Source: Rhina ancylostomus (taxonomy: Eukaryota). From it: 64,000 nt of DNA. Both the position numbers and the translations under genes were made by a program. A model generated the notes under the pieces. It saw only the letters and a program-made list of their open reading frames with translations. It was not told the DNA's origin and did not search any database. The DNA lies in assembly GCA_030265395.1 (NCBI GenBank), contig JARFYF010000017.1:15839608-15903607 (forward strand). Direction: 5' to 3'. Below are positions 49,990-62,602 of this stretch, piece after piece (within the stretch, counting starts at the first letter, position 1; each line of letters opens with the position of its first letter).

Positions 49990-51985
49990 GAGGGACGGGC
50001 AGTGTCAGGTTAATGAGCTCGGTAGGGCGGATGGGCTGCAGTGTATTTATTTCAAGGCAAGTAGTATTACAGGTAAGGCAGATGAACTTCGAGCCTGGAT
50101 TAATACATGGAACTACATTGTTGTAGCCATTACAAAGACTTGTTTGAGAGAAGGCAGCTGGTAGCTCAATGTTCCATGATCCGGATGTTTTGGATGTGAT
50201 AGAGAGGAACGTAAGAGGTGGGAGAGTTGTGCTACTGATCAGGGAGAATGTCACAGCGGCATTTAGAGAGGGCTCATCCAGTAAGACAATATGGGTAGAC
50301 TCAGGAATAAGAAAGGTGCATTCACAATGATGGGATTGTATTATAGGCCTCCCAATAGCCAGTGGGACCTAAAAGGACAGATATGTAGGCAGAATATAGA
50401 AAGATGTATCAGAACAGGATAGTTGTAGTGGGTGACTTTAATTTCCCCAATATTGATTGGGACCCCCTTAGTGCCAGAGGCTTAGATGGGGCAGAATTTG
50501 CTACGTATATCCAGGAGGGTTTCTTGACACAGTATGTGGATAATCCAACCAGGGAAGGGGGCATACTAGACCTGGGATTGGGAATGGAGCCTGGCCAGGT
50601 GATCAGAGTTTCAGCAGGAGAGCGTTTTGGGAACAGTGATCATCGATCTGTAAATTTTCAGATAATACTGGACTTTGGGGGGGAAAGTGCTAAAATGGGG
50701 AAAGGCTAATTACAGCAGGATTAGGCAGGAGTTGGGGAGAGTGAGAACATCTGTTATTGGGCAAGTCTACATCTGACATGTTAGGGGTTGTTTAAAGGCC
50801 AACTGGTCAGAATTCAGGACCAACATATTCCTCTGAGGAAGGGAGAAGGATGGCAATGTTTGGGAACCTGAGATGATAAGAGATGTTGCAAATTGAGTCA
50901 AAAAGGAAGCATGTAAGGTTTACGAAGCGGAAATCAGACAGGTCCTTTGAGGAATATAAAGGAAGCAGGAGAGAACTTGAACAGGGAACTAGGAAGGCTA
51001 AAGGGGCACATGAAATGTCCTTGGCAAGTAGGATTTAAAAAGAATCCCAAGGCATTTTATGCATATTATGTGCTGGTTAGTAANNNNNNNNNNNNNNNNN
51101 NNNNNNNNNNNNNNNNNNNNNNNNNNNNNNNNNNNNNNNNNNNNTCAGCAGGATATGGACCAGTTGGAAATGTGGGCAGAGAAATGGCAGATGGAGTTTA
51201 ATCCGGACAAGTGTGAGGTGTTGCACTTTAGGACGTCAAATTTAAGAGGAAAGTATACAGTAAATGGCAGGACCCTTGGGAGCATTGATGTGCAGAGGGA
51301 TCTTGGGCTGCAAGTACATAGCTCTCTGAAAGTAGCAATACAAGTAGATAGGGTGGTAAAGAAAATGTACACCATACTTGCCTTCATGGGTCGGAGTGAT
51401 GAGTATAAAATTGAGGAAGTCCTGTTGCAAGCTTTGTAAAACTTTGGTTAGGCTGTTTTCGGAGTATTATGTGTGCAGTTCTGGTCATCACATCACAGGA
51501 AGGTTGTGGAGGCTTTGAAGAGGGTGCAAAAGAGGTACACCAGGATGTTGCGTGGATTAGAGAGTATTAGCTATAAGGAGAGGTTGGACAAACTTGGATT
51601 GTTTTCTTTGGAGCATCGGAGGCTGAGGGTGACCCAATCAAAGTATACATTATCATGAGAGGCGCAGATAGGTTAGATAGTGTCTTTTTCCCAGGATGGA
51701 AATGTCAAATACTAGAGGGCGTAAGGTGAAGTGAGGGGGGGAAAGTTTAGAGATGAGTTACAAGACAATTTTTTTGTTACACAGAAAATGGTGCCAGGGT
51801 AGGTGGTGGAAGCATGTACAATAGCAATGTTTAAGAGGCATTTAGGCACGTATATCAACAGGCAGGGAATGTAGGGATCTAGACCATGTGCGGATAAAGA
51901 GATTAGTTTGTGTTGGCTTCATGGTCAGCATAAACTTGGTGGGCTGAAGGACCTGTTCCTGTGCTGTACTGTTTTATTTTCTAAG
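49990..51985 (+). mobile_element. CR1 ORF2 relic (APE endonuclease, gap, RT C-terminus, 3'UTR) in the intron after the first coding exon
   Basis: KADELRAWI...VAIT, VVGDFNFPNIDW, PTREGGILDL, GNSDH and WQMEFNPDKCEVLHF. Many stops and frameshifts. Confidence 0.92.
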
Positions 51986-52364
51986 TTCTAAAAGTCTGCT
52001 TTGATACAGAATCAAATTCTGTAATCATTTCTCCTGGTGTCAAAACACATGGTTTGGAATACAGTTGTGCTCAGCAGCTTGAGGTTTTGACATCAGTCAC
52101 CCTTTTGTCGATGTTTATTGCTGCAGAATCGAGTCTAGAAGGGGAGTCTAAAACTAGAGGGCGTAGGTTTAAGGTGCGAGGGGAAATATTTAAAAAAGGA
52201 CCTAAGGGGCAACTTCACGCAGAGGGTGATTGGGTATATGCTGTATAACTTTATGGCTAATTCTGAGTCTCCTGTGGATAAAATGGAGCTCAAAAGATGA
52301 AAGTTCTTATTGACGGGAGAGTTCATTGAGCTCCTTTTTTCTCTATATAACTTATCTGGCCATA

Positions 52365-53582
52365 GCACAGCTTTGTGTGTGGGAAGTTGACAAATCTCTT
52401 GGAGTTCTTCGAGGAGGTAACCAAGAGGGTAGATGAGGGTAGGGCAGTGGATGTTGACTATATGGACTTTAGCAAGGCTTTTGACAAGGTCCCACGTGGC
52501 AGACTAGTCTGGAAGGTTAGATCATGGGATCCAGGAAGAGATAGTGGATTGGATTTCTAATTAGCTCAGTGGTAGAAAGCAGAGGGTGATGGTTGAGGGT
52601 TGTTTCTCAGACTGGAGGCCTGTGTCCAGTGGTGTGCCATGGGTCGGAGCTGGAACCTATGTTGTTTGTAATTTATATGAACGATTTGGATGTGAATTTA
52701 CAAGGCGTGGTTAGTAAGTAGCTGGTTTTCAGCTAAAATCAGTTAAAATAGCTGATAATAAGATGCTGTAGATAGTGTAGAAGTTTATGAAAAATTACAG
52801 GGGGATCTTGATCAACTGGGTATCTGGGCTGAAGACTGGCAAATGGCTTTCAATCCAGATAAATATGGGGTGTTGCATTTTGGGAGGTCAAACCAGGGTA
52901 GGACTTGTACAGTGAATGCTTGTGCGCTGGAGAGTGTTATGGAACAGAGGGATCTTGGAATACAAGTGCATAGTTCACTGGAAGTGGTGTCACAGGTAAA
53001 TAGGGTGGTGAAGAAGGCGTTTGGCACAGTGGCCTTCATCGGTCAGGGCACTGAGTGTAGGAGTTGGGAAGTTATGTTGCAGTTGTATAAGGTATTGGTG
53101 AGGCTGCACTTGGAGTACTGTATATGGTTTTGGTCACCCTGTTATAGGAAAGATATGATTCAACTAGAATGAGTGGAGAAAAGATAGATGTATGAGAGGG
53201 GTATGTAGACTAGGACTTTATTCCCTGGAATGTAGGAGATTGAGGTACATAAGATCATGAGGGCCATAGACAGGGTGAAAGCACATGGTCTTTTTCTCAG
53301 GGAGGGGTTGCTATAAACAAGATGGCATAGGTTTAAGATCAGAGGTGAGAGATTTAAGAGACATCAGCGGCAGCTGCTTCATGCAAAAGGTGGTGTGTAT
53401 TTGGAATGAGCTGCAGAAATAGTAATTGAGGCGGGCACATAAGCAACATTTAAAAGCCATCTAGAGAAGTACATGGGTAGGAGAGATTTGGAGGGCTCTG
53501 GGCCAAATGAGAGCAATGGGTCTAGCTCATAGTTAGCAGGGATGAGTTGGGCCAAAGGGCCTGTTTCCATGCTGTATGATTC
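52365..53582 (+). mobile_element. CR1 RT to 3' tail
   Basis: LTNLLEFFEEVTKRVDEGRAVDVDYMDFSKAFDKVP, FNPDK..VLHFGRSN and LVRLHLEYC. Confidence 0.92.
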
Positions 53583-54029
53583 TTTCCAGCTTTAGCCCAC
53601 TAGTTTAACTTGCCCAAGTGGGATAGAAAATGCCAAAATCCTAATGTTCACACACTGCCTAGGTTCTAGAACCACCTTTTGTTGGAGAACTGGTCCATCA
53701 GTTCAAGAAGTCCCACGATTGCATGCACAGATGCTTATGAAGGAAATATATTTCCTNNNNNNNNNNNNNNNNNNNNNNNNNNNNNNNNNNNNNNNNNNNN
53801 NNNNNNNNNNNNNNNNNNNNNNNNNNNNNNNNNNNNNNNNNNNNNNNNNNNNNNNNTTATGAAGGAAATATATGTCCTGCTGTCTTTTTCTGGGTGCTCA
53901 TTGCAGAAACATTGCTTACCAGCGTTCAGAGGAACAGTGTATGAAGACATTGCTATAAGTTGGGGCAAGTGCTGTGGTTTTTGCAAACTTCACATGCACT
54001 CGTACTAAAACCAGAAAGGAACATCAGTT

Positions 54030-55010
54030 TTAGAGTCAAAGTAATAGAGCACAGACACAGGCCCTTTGGCTCAACCAGTCCATGCTGACCATGGTGCCCA
54101 CCCAGCTAGTCCCAATTTCTTGCATTCAGCCCATGTCCCTCTAAGCTCTGCCCCTCCATGTACCTATTCAAGAGCTTCTTAAATGACACTTGTACCTTCC
54201 TCAACCACTTCCTCTGGCAACTCATTCCATATACTCACCACACTCTGCATGGAAAAAGTTGCCCCTCAGGTCCCTTTTAAATCTTTTCCCTCTCGCCCTA
54301 AAACTATGCCCCTGAGTTTTGGACTTGCCCACCTTGGGGGACAGACTGTTACCATCCACCTTATCTATATCTCTCATTCTTCTCANNNNNNNNNNCTACA
54401 AGGTCATTCTCCTACATTCCAAAGAATATAGACCTAGCCTGGCCAACCTCTCCCTATAACTCAGGCCCTCTAGTCCTGGCTACATCCTCGTAAATCTTCT
54501 CTGCGCTTTTTCCAGTTTAACCACATCTTTCCTATAACAGGGTGACCAAAACTGTACACAGTACTCCAAGTGCAGCCTCTCAAACAACTTGTACAACTGC
54601 AACATAATGTCCCAAACTCCTGTACTCAATGCCCTGACTGATGAAGGCCAGTGTGCTAAATGCTTTTTTTACCACCCTGTCTACCTGTGACACTGTTTTC
54701 AATGCACTTGTACTCCTAGGTCCGTCTATTCCATTACAATCTGTAGTGCCCTAATATTCATAGTACAAGTCCTACACTGGTTTGACTTTCCAAAATGCAT
54801 CACCTCACACTTGTCTGTTTTGAAATCCATTTGCCACTCCTCAGCTTACTTCCCTAACTGATCATGATCTCCCTGAAATCTGCAATAACCTTCACTATCA
54901 ACAATGCCTCATAAATTTTGTCATCTGCAACCTTACTGAACAGGCCTTGTGCATTCGCATCCAAGTACTTTGTATAAATAACGAATGACAAGGGTCCCAA
55001 CACTGACCCC
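54030..55010 (-). mobile_element. CR1 3' half in antisense, ending ~115 bp before a MEAK7 exon
   Basis: Antisense of LHLEYCVQFWSPCYRKDV (54520-54575) and of WQMDF (54825-54838). Tail at ~54030-54070. Confidence 0.9.
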
Positions 55011-55125
55011 AATTTTCCTTTGTTTACTCTCTGGATGACCCCTTGACTAGCTGATGATAACTAGTCACTACACTGCTTCCCCAGTGTAGTACAAAGATGG
55101 GTGATGTTGCTTTACTCTTCTTTAG

Positions 55126-55356
55126 GCATATATTCATGGAGCAGTAACAGGCAGCATGATTATTCGAATCTACAATGGAATGAGGAGCATTGATCCAATA
55201 AAAAAATCAAGTGTTGCTGATTCTGTAAGCAAGAAACAGTTTCTTTCCTTTCTTTATTATGCCATGCGAGGCAGTGCTGAAGAAAGAAGTTTCATCATTC
55301 AGAGGATGATTTCCATTGATCCTGATGGCCCAGTAACAGGAAGGCAAGTAAAAGAG
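55126..55356 (+). CDS. MEAK7: MEAK7/TLDC1 coding exon 2 (231 nt, AYIHGAV...GRQVKE)
   Basis: Acceptor ttactcttctttag|GCA and donor GAG|GTAAAT. Open frame, phase 0 to phase 0. Contains RIYNGM and FL..AMRGSAEERS, similar to MEAK7 N-terminal region. Confidence 0.9.
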
Positions 55357-56199
55357 GTAAATCCATTACCGTTGCCCCAATTCTCAGCAATGGTATGTCT
55401 TTTATATAGAAAGTATGCTTGGTTGGAAATCCTTTCAACTTCCAGCCTCTATAAAACTAACTTTTTTTGGCTTGTGTAGTTGCAGTTTGCAGGAGATAAT
55501 TCCTTTCAACTTCACATTGGGTACAACTTCCCCTGACCTTTCTCAGTATCTGAACAACAAAACCTACATGATCTGGAAATCTTTTTAAACTGTGAAATAA
55601 CCAGCCTGGATAACAATGACTGACTCCAGTAAATTGTAGAAACTGATTTAACCTTAATTGAATGCCTGTAGTGCCTAGGTTAAGTACAATAGCAAAATGG
55701 TGGATATATTTAACAGGATAGGCAGCATTTGTGGAGAGAGGTGGAGTTAATGTTTAAAGTCAATTGAAACATTCAGTAATTTGGGTGAGAGGTCATCCCA
55801 GAGCAAATAGCAACCTCTTTTCTCAGGTTGCAAGAGTTAATCTGTGCACTTGACAGAAGTCCATATTGATGTCAAACAACAATTGGAAGCCCAATCTATC
55901 TTGCTTTTGTTATTCCCTGAAGAATACCAAAAGTTGGTCCAATTGTTTGGGCACCCCATTTATTTCTTAACTGATCTACCACTGCTCATACCCAAATTTA
56001 TCTGGAGCCTTGTGTTTAAATCCCCAGGGTGTTACCTCCATTGTAGCTACATAATGTGGTTCTATTTCTTTTGTGGAATCTGAGGCCAGTTCTGGTTGTC
56101 CATCTCTCTTACCGTTGATCAATTTATTTTACATTCTCATGCATTTTGTGATGGGCTTAACTCCATTTTAGTCATGTTTTGTTGTATATCCTCATGCAG

Positions 56200-56344
56200 T
56201 TCACAGAAGATATGATTATGTCAGTGATCCACTTACTAAAGCACGAGGAGATGTTAAGGGGATGGAACGTGGAGAAAACTGGAGATTGTATTTTGGGTAC
56301 ATCTCGTCTGACTGCTTATCTGATGTCTGAGTTGAAGGCTAAAG
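56200..56344 (+). CDS. MEAK7: MEAK7/TLDC1 coding exon 3 (145 nt, FTEDMIMSVIHLL...ELKAK)
   Basis: Acceptor ctcatgcag|TTC and donor AAAG|GTATTG. Phase 0 to phase 1. FTED..SV.H.L...LRGW motif typical of MEAK7. Confidence 0.92.
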
Positions 56345-57974
56345 GTATTGAACTGTTGTGATTTGTTATCTGTTTCTTTTTAGCAACTTGTTCAGACTTG
56401 TATTAAACTACAACTGTCAGGAATTAAAAACCCATGTACCTCAATGTCCTTTATAGATGCTTGGAAGTTTAAGGACATCCCTGCTAATTTTAGCTGAAGT
56501 ATTGGGTCAAAGATTCAACCATACCAGCACATGAGCAGTTATTTAGATATTGGTTCAATAAAAGACATTAATTTTATATATTTTATAAATTATGGATAGG
56601 TTATTTCTTAAAGCAGCTCCTTGGGAAGATCTCAGGAAACATTATCGTTGCACCTGTTTAATGTGCCACAATTATTTTAGAGGACAGTTACTTGGCACAG
56701 GTTAATCACTGAGTCAGAAACCTTGCTGGTGTATCACATTTTGCAATGCACCCACTAACCTGCTGGAGAAATCCACAGCTGATCTTTAAATTGTATCCCC
56801 TTTTAATGATTGCCTCAAACTTAGTTAATGAAAAATTGTGTATTTTAAAAGAGAATTGCCTGATTCCTGTACTTTGCCTGTGGGAGCCAGACTTGGAGAC
56901 AAGTATCCAGCCATTTCTGAGAGAGCTCATCTGTGAAGATGTATTCCAGGTTGCAACATAAAGACCATATCTGAATGGTTATCTTCCCTCCTATATTTCA
57001 GTGGCATACCTCAGCAAAGTTGGAACTTGCAATGAAACAATGCTGAGTAGTCAATAGAGAACTTGGATTTGGACCGTTCTGGTTTTGCAACTTTCCTATA
57101 AAATAATGAGCTGTGACACTACAGCTGCTCAGGTGGATTTAATAAAAGCTTCTTGTTGCATTGTGTTCCTGTCCTAGTCAAATGGGGCAGATTTAACAAA
57201 TCTGAGGAACTGGGGAATATTCCTTAGAACATCCTGAACATAATAGAAAATGCTGGAAATACTCAGCAAGCCTGGCGGGCCCTGTGAAGACAGAAATTGA
57301 GCTAATGTTTCGGGTCAATGAACTCTTCTACTTGTAAATGATGAATGGACTAAAATTGTCTGGATGACGTTTCCATTGCTGCAGAGAAATGTAATGCTTG
57401 TATTTGGTTTCTGTGATTTCTTTCTCAATGGAAGGTGGATGGTAAATGAAGCACTGCATTTTGTGCACCATTTGCAGTGCAACCAAATGAAACAATTGGG
57501 GTGTTGGAGGAACAGATGCACTCGGCACTTTTTTAAAAGATGATTAGCAACAGCAGCATCTTAATCACTCTGGGCTCATATTTCCAGTGTCTTAAAAAAA
57601 ACCCTTAGAAGTTGTGACCTTTCAAATAATTGTCCATGTTGATGCAAAGCATACTTTGTGATTGATCTGTCTCTTTCTTTCTCTCTCTCTCATTCTCTCC
57701 CTTGAGACCAATGATTTTTCTAAATTGCAACGTAAATGTGTAGCGCAGCATCATTCAGTGATGCAGTTCAGGGGAAACCATTTGCTCTGTCATGCTTGTG
57801 CTGACACATTTGTAGAGCTATCCAGTTTCTCCCACTTCTTTCATCTTTAGTCCTTTTTTCAAAAAAATCCCAAGAAATATTTACTGTTTCCTTTTGAAAG
57901 ATCCAGTCAAACTTTCTATCACCACCCATTCAGACATTTGCATTCCTGATGTAAAAGAAGCACTGCCTTATCTG

Positions 57975-58188
57975 AAAATAAAAAAAACCCCGCAGATGCT
58001 GGAAATCTGAAACAAAAATAAAAAGTGCTGGAAGCACTCAGCAGGGCAGACAGTATCATTGAAAAGAGAAACAGAGTTAAAGTTTTAGGTCGAAGACCCT
58101 TTATCCTGACCTACTAGGTTAATTGTTTCTCCTTCCACAGATGCTATCTGGCTTGCTGAGTGTTGCCATTGTTTTTTGTTTTGGTTTC
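57975..58188. repeat. Fold-back hairpin/pLTR family copy in a MEAK7 intron
   Basis: gaaacaaaaataaaaagtgctggaagcactcagcagggcagacagtatc pairs with gatgctatctggcttgctgagtgttgcc..tttttgttttggtttc. Confidence 0.7.
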
Positions 58189-58581
58189 CTCATTGTGTCT
58201 CTAGTTCCTTTGCCAATCACCTTAAGTCTGACTGCTTTACTTATTGGCCTTAATGACGCTGAAAGCAGATTTTCCATGTATTCATAAAGCAGTTTATAAT
58301 TTTAAGCATTTCTGTCAAATTGACTTGTAGCCATCTCTGCTCTAATGAGAACAGCTTTAGAACAAAATATAAAGTGGATTTCTCAGTTTCCTTTCATGGT
58401 GTCTCAGCACTTCACTGGAGAATTATTCTGACCTTTCCAGATTTCATTGCTATAAGGAAAGGTTCTATTGCACAGACCTGATTTTTTTTAAATTTAAATT
58501 TGCTGACAATGTTCAGCTGGGTAGTGAATCTGATTCGGTGATCAATGATGTTTAATGTTTTTCCCTTTCTGTTGCTGACAG

Positions 58582-59022
58582 GTGAAGATCTGTCTGCGGA
58601 GTATTTGTGTACTGTAGAATTTGGACAGAGTGCCATAAAGGACTGGGTGTACAGAGTCTCTCAGATCTCTAGTTTTCTCCATGCACTGGTTGCTATGGCC
58701 CTTCATCTTACAAAATCACAGTACAAAGGTGAACTCTTCAGTCCAAATCAGGTGCTGCCACAGTGTTTGGGTATAAAATATGCTGGGATATTTACTGTTT
58801 TGGACATCCCTTCCGTCATTTATCTCAAACCCAACTTGCCTTCAGGGAACCAAAGCCAGTGGAAGCTGTTGTTCTCCTCTCAAGCCCACGGGGAAAGCTT
58901 CTCTCGTTTTTCCACTCAGATTCTTCACAAAGGACCAACATTATTGATTGTAAAGGATTCACTTGGATACATCTTCGGTGGCTTTGCCTCCTGCAGCTGG
59001 GAGCTAAAGCCACAGTTCCAAG
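58582..59022 (+). CDS. MEAK7: MEAK7/TLDC1 coding exon 4 (441 nt, start of TLDc domain)
   Basis: Acceptor tttctgttgctgacag|GT and donor CAAG|GTAAAA. Phase 1 to phase 1. Encodes WKLLFSSQAHGESFS...KGPTLLIVKD..GYIFGGFASCSWELKPQFQG, the TLDc signature. Confidence 0.96.
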
Positions 59023-59924
59023 GTAAAATATCATTAATTAATGGTATGATATTTAATCGGGAGCAGTTTTAATTTTTCTGATATTAACTTAATGGTGCAA
59101 ATTCTAATCCTGAGCTAATAACTGACCCGGCAGTAAAATCTTACGTTATCTGACTGGAGCTCCCAGTTCTCATGCTTGGGCTGGCCTCTGTGCATGCATG
59201 ATTTGATGTGCAAATTCTTCTCAATCTAAATGTTTAGGCAACAGGTCAATAAGTACCTTCTGTCAATAATAATTTTAAGTTGACTTGAAGTAGGTTTTAA
59301 GTGTCCAATAAGTTGAAAATCCCCAGACACATTTCCAACTTGGTTATTCACCACACCAAGCAACTTGTACAGCATTTTTTTCATTTAATATATTTCTGGG
59401 AGATGAGCATCATTGGTGTGGTCAGCATTAAATCCATGCATTAGGGCTATCTGTTTCTCCGGGAATTCTGCACCACGTCCCTGCAAAATCGGGCAAGCCT
59501 CAAATCCAAATTATGGCTGTCACCACAGCATCAATTTAGGCTATCACTCCAGGATTCAAATTGAAAACCACTTATTAAAATGCCAGACAAGAATTCCCAA
59601 CAATTTTTATTTAATAAAGTGCAAAAAAAAAATTGTGTTCCGTCACTGCTGAAAGTTAGCATTTTTGTTTGGAATATATTCCCATGATTCCATGAGAGGT
59701 GCCCAGCATGCTGCATTGGTGAAAGTTGACTGGCAAGAATGTGTGGGACTTTCCACTTGTTCAAAATAGCACGCATTCAACTGCATGCTTAGTGTAGAGT
59801 ATCATATAACTGCCCTCATGAACACTTGTGCAATAATAGCTGCAACTGTGTGTACAAATTGGCATTAAAACCATGTTTTAGGATGCATTTTACTACCATG
59901 TTATAGAAAGGAATGTGGGAGTTA

Positions 59925-60372
59925 CCATAGATAAGATATACAAGATATTTTTAAAGATTTTTTTATTAGTCATATGTACATCAAAACACAGTGAAAGGCA
60001 TCTTTATGCGTAACTGAGAATGTGCTGGGGGCAGCCCGCAAGTGTCACCACACTTGCGGTGCCGACATAACATGCCCACAACTTCCTAACCTGTACGTCT
60101 TNNNNNNNNNNNNNNNNNNNNNNNNNNNNNNNNNNNNNNNNNNNNNNNNNNNNNNNNNNNNNNNNNNNNNNNNNNNNNNNNNNNNNNNNNNNNNNNNNNN
60201 NCACAACTTCCTAACCTGTACGTCTTTGGGATGTGGGAGGAAACCGGAGCACCCGGAGGAAACCCACGCAGACATGGGAGAATGTACAAACTCCTCACAG
60301 ACAGTGGCCGGAGTTGAACCTGGGTCACTGGCGCTGTAATAGTGTTACGCTAACTGCTCCACTACCATGCCT
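59925..60372 (-). mobile_element. tRNA-derived V-SINE (HE1-like elasmobranch SINE)
   Basis: Minus strand: head GGCATGGTAGTGGAGCAGTTAGCG (A-box-like), B box GGTTCAACTCC (60310-60320), V-domain GGGTTTCCTCCGGGTGCTCCGGTTTCCTCCCACA, then an AATAAA-containing tail. Confidence 0.85.
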
Positions 60373-61516
60373 GTCAACTCAAAGTAAAAATGTTTTAGTA
60401 ACTTTTATATAGAAATTATTTACCACAATGTCAAAAGATTAAGTTTTGTTCTTATTTCTATGGATATTCTTTGAGTTATTTATGTTCATGGATTTGTTTT
60501 ATCATTTCTCTCTTGACAGAGCTGAAAAAGAGATGAGCAATGCAAGTTTAGAGTAGATCTCTAAAATTTTATGATACAGGGTAAATTAACCCCCTATTTT
60601 CTTTCCCCGTTAACCTCTTGGAGACACCAATTTGCCAGTGCAACAAAAGGTCGTGTGTGAGCCTTCACTTGCTGGCTATTATACATTCGAGCCATGCACA
60701 GTTCCACTGAACACAGGCAATAAATAATGGGAGTAGTGACTTCTACCTGTTGGCCCACAGTGCTTGCTTCCATCCTCTGGCTCTGATTGCATCTCATTAC
60801 TTGAAGTATTCTGTACAGTAAGTTCACCTCCCTGAGGTGGACTTGCTGTTGCAATTTATACAGCAGCTCATTGTCCTCTTGCAACTTAGTTGCATTGAGT
60901 TTTCAAATTCTAGGAGCTCTGAGTCACTGTGATCTTTGAGAATGTGAAATTTGAGACCAGCTGGAAATTTAACCAGGTTCAAGCAGATCAGCAATTTCCA
61001 ATGTGCCAGACTGAGGCAAAAATAATCATCTCCAATTTAGTTCTCACAGCTTGGTTTTTCCCTCTTAATTAAAACTTATATATTTTTATGATCCATGTTC
61101 CTTATTTGACGATCAAGAATATCTCCTGCATAATATGAACTCGTATTATTAGCTGAATGGAAAACCTATTCGTTGCCCAGTTCATGTTCTTTCATGGATT
61201 TGGGTGCATAGTCCAGTCAATGCATCAGTGTAGTACTGCCAACTGTTGAAATGACTGGATAGACCCACTCTGGTATTTGAAGAGCACAACGTCTCTGTGG
61301 CCACACTATCTCGAGCAGATTATCCAGTGAATCATTCATTGACTGATTTTGAAATCCTGATGTGTGCAAATGATTGCTGTGTTTTCCTGCATGATAACAC
61401 TTAAGAAGTGATCCATCAACAATAACAATATCCCGAAGCTGTGATGAGTTGTTGTATAAATGTAAATTTGTTATTTTCCAGTAACATAATGTTGCACTTT
61501 TTGATGTATTTTGCAG

Positions 61517-61564
61517 GGGATAGCAGATGCTTTTTATTTACTCTTAGTCCAAATCTGGGGATCT
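61517..61564 (+). CDS. MEAK7: MEAK7/TLDC1 coding exon 5, visible 5' part only (GDSRCFLFTLSPNLGI...)
   Basis: Acceptor attttgcag|GG is phase-1 compatible with the previous exon. GD..CFLF is a TLDc motif. The sequence runs into the N gap 61565-61711, so the donor is not visible. Confidence 0.9.
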
Positions 61565-62217
61565 NNNNNNNNNNNNNNNNNNNNNNNNNNNNNNNNNNNN
61601 NNNNNNNNNNNNNNNNNNNNNNNNNNNNNNNNNNNNNNNNNNNNNNNNNNNNNNNNNNNNNNNNNNNNNNNNNNNNNNNNNNNNNNNNNNNNNNNNNNNN
61701 NNNNNNNNNNNGAATACATTGTTGAAGGTTATTTGGATTACTACATGATATGTGGTTGCTTACCTTGTTCTGTTGGACATTTTAGAATGATGCGTTAATA
61801 TATATTTGGCACCATCTCTTAACTTTCCCACCCTTGACCCTAAACTTCTCCAACCTTTTCATGTATCTCACCTCTGTACATCTTTTTTTTCTTGGTACAC
61901 ACATATTGCTGTAATCCTGTAGCTAAAATTGTGCACTTGTTCTTCTTCAGACTTTTGAAAACAACTTTTTAGCTCAGATCTACTTTGACAATTAGTTGTG
62001 ATTTTTATAGTTCTAGTTATTGCTAGGGGGTCGCAAGTTATTGCTGTAGTTGTGTGAGCAATTTAAATAAAATCTAAAGATTGATAAAGCTGTAAGGGAG
62101 TGCTGCATTCTTGGAAATGCTATTTTTCAAATGAAGCATTTTTCAAGGGCTTGTTTACACTCTCAGGTGAATGTTAAAGAACCCACAGTATTATTTCAAT
62201 GAAGTACAAGGGCTTAA

Positions 62218-62440
62218 TAGAACACAGAATATTACAGCACAGTACAGGCCCTTTGGCCCATGATGTTGTGCTGAGATTTTGACCTGTTCTAAGATCTATC
62301 TAACCCTTCCCTCCCACATAGCCCTCCATTTTCTATCATTCATGTGTCTATCTGAGAGTCTCTTAAATGTCCCTAATGTATCTGCCCCCACAACCTCTGC
62401 TGGCAGTGCATTCTACATACCCACCGCTCTCTGTAAAAGA
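62218..62440 (-). mobile_element. Young CR1 3' tail inserted in a Deu-SINE-like fragment (~62090-62475)
   Basis: Reverse complement of the 30570-30750 / 39528-39705 family. Flank gggagtgctgcattcttggaaatgctatttttcaaatga...tctcaggtgaatgttaaagaaccca is Deu-SINE-like. Confidence 0.8.
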
Positions 62441-62602
62441 AAAAAAAACACAATTAACTCAAACCAGCACATCTAAAGTTTTTCTGGTTGCAGCATTTTA
62501 ATGTTCAAAATGTTAAAATTTTAATGTTTAAAGTTTTCTTAAATTTTAATATTTAATATAAAATTTTAAAGTCATAAAATACATTCTTCTGTGCTGTTAC
62601 AG

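Noticed and set aside
49990-53582. Possible intact autonomous CR1 ORF2
   Set aside because: Multiple stops, frameshifts and internal deletions. It comprises at least two separate decayed copies.
60077-60226. Direct repeats flanking N runs (cacaacttcctaacctgtacgtctt here; also aagcagatttttctg at ~34920/35034, ttatgaaggaaatatat at ~53736/53857 and acgggtt at ~44110/44127)
   Set aside because: Identical sequence on both sides of fixed 100-N or 10-N gaps is the signature of unmerged contig overlaps, not biological TSDs or tandem repeats.
60290-60372. tRNA-like sequence with A and B boxes
   Set aside because: It continues directly into a V-domain and retroposon tail, so it is a SINE head rather than a tRNA gene.
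62495-62580. Extremely AT-rich quasi-repeat upstream of the last visible exon
   Set aside because: Low-complexity intronic DNA with no consistent period or structure.
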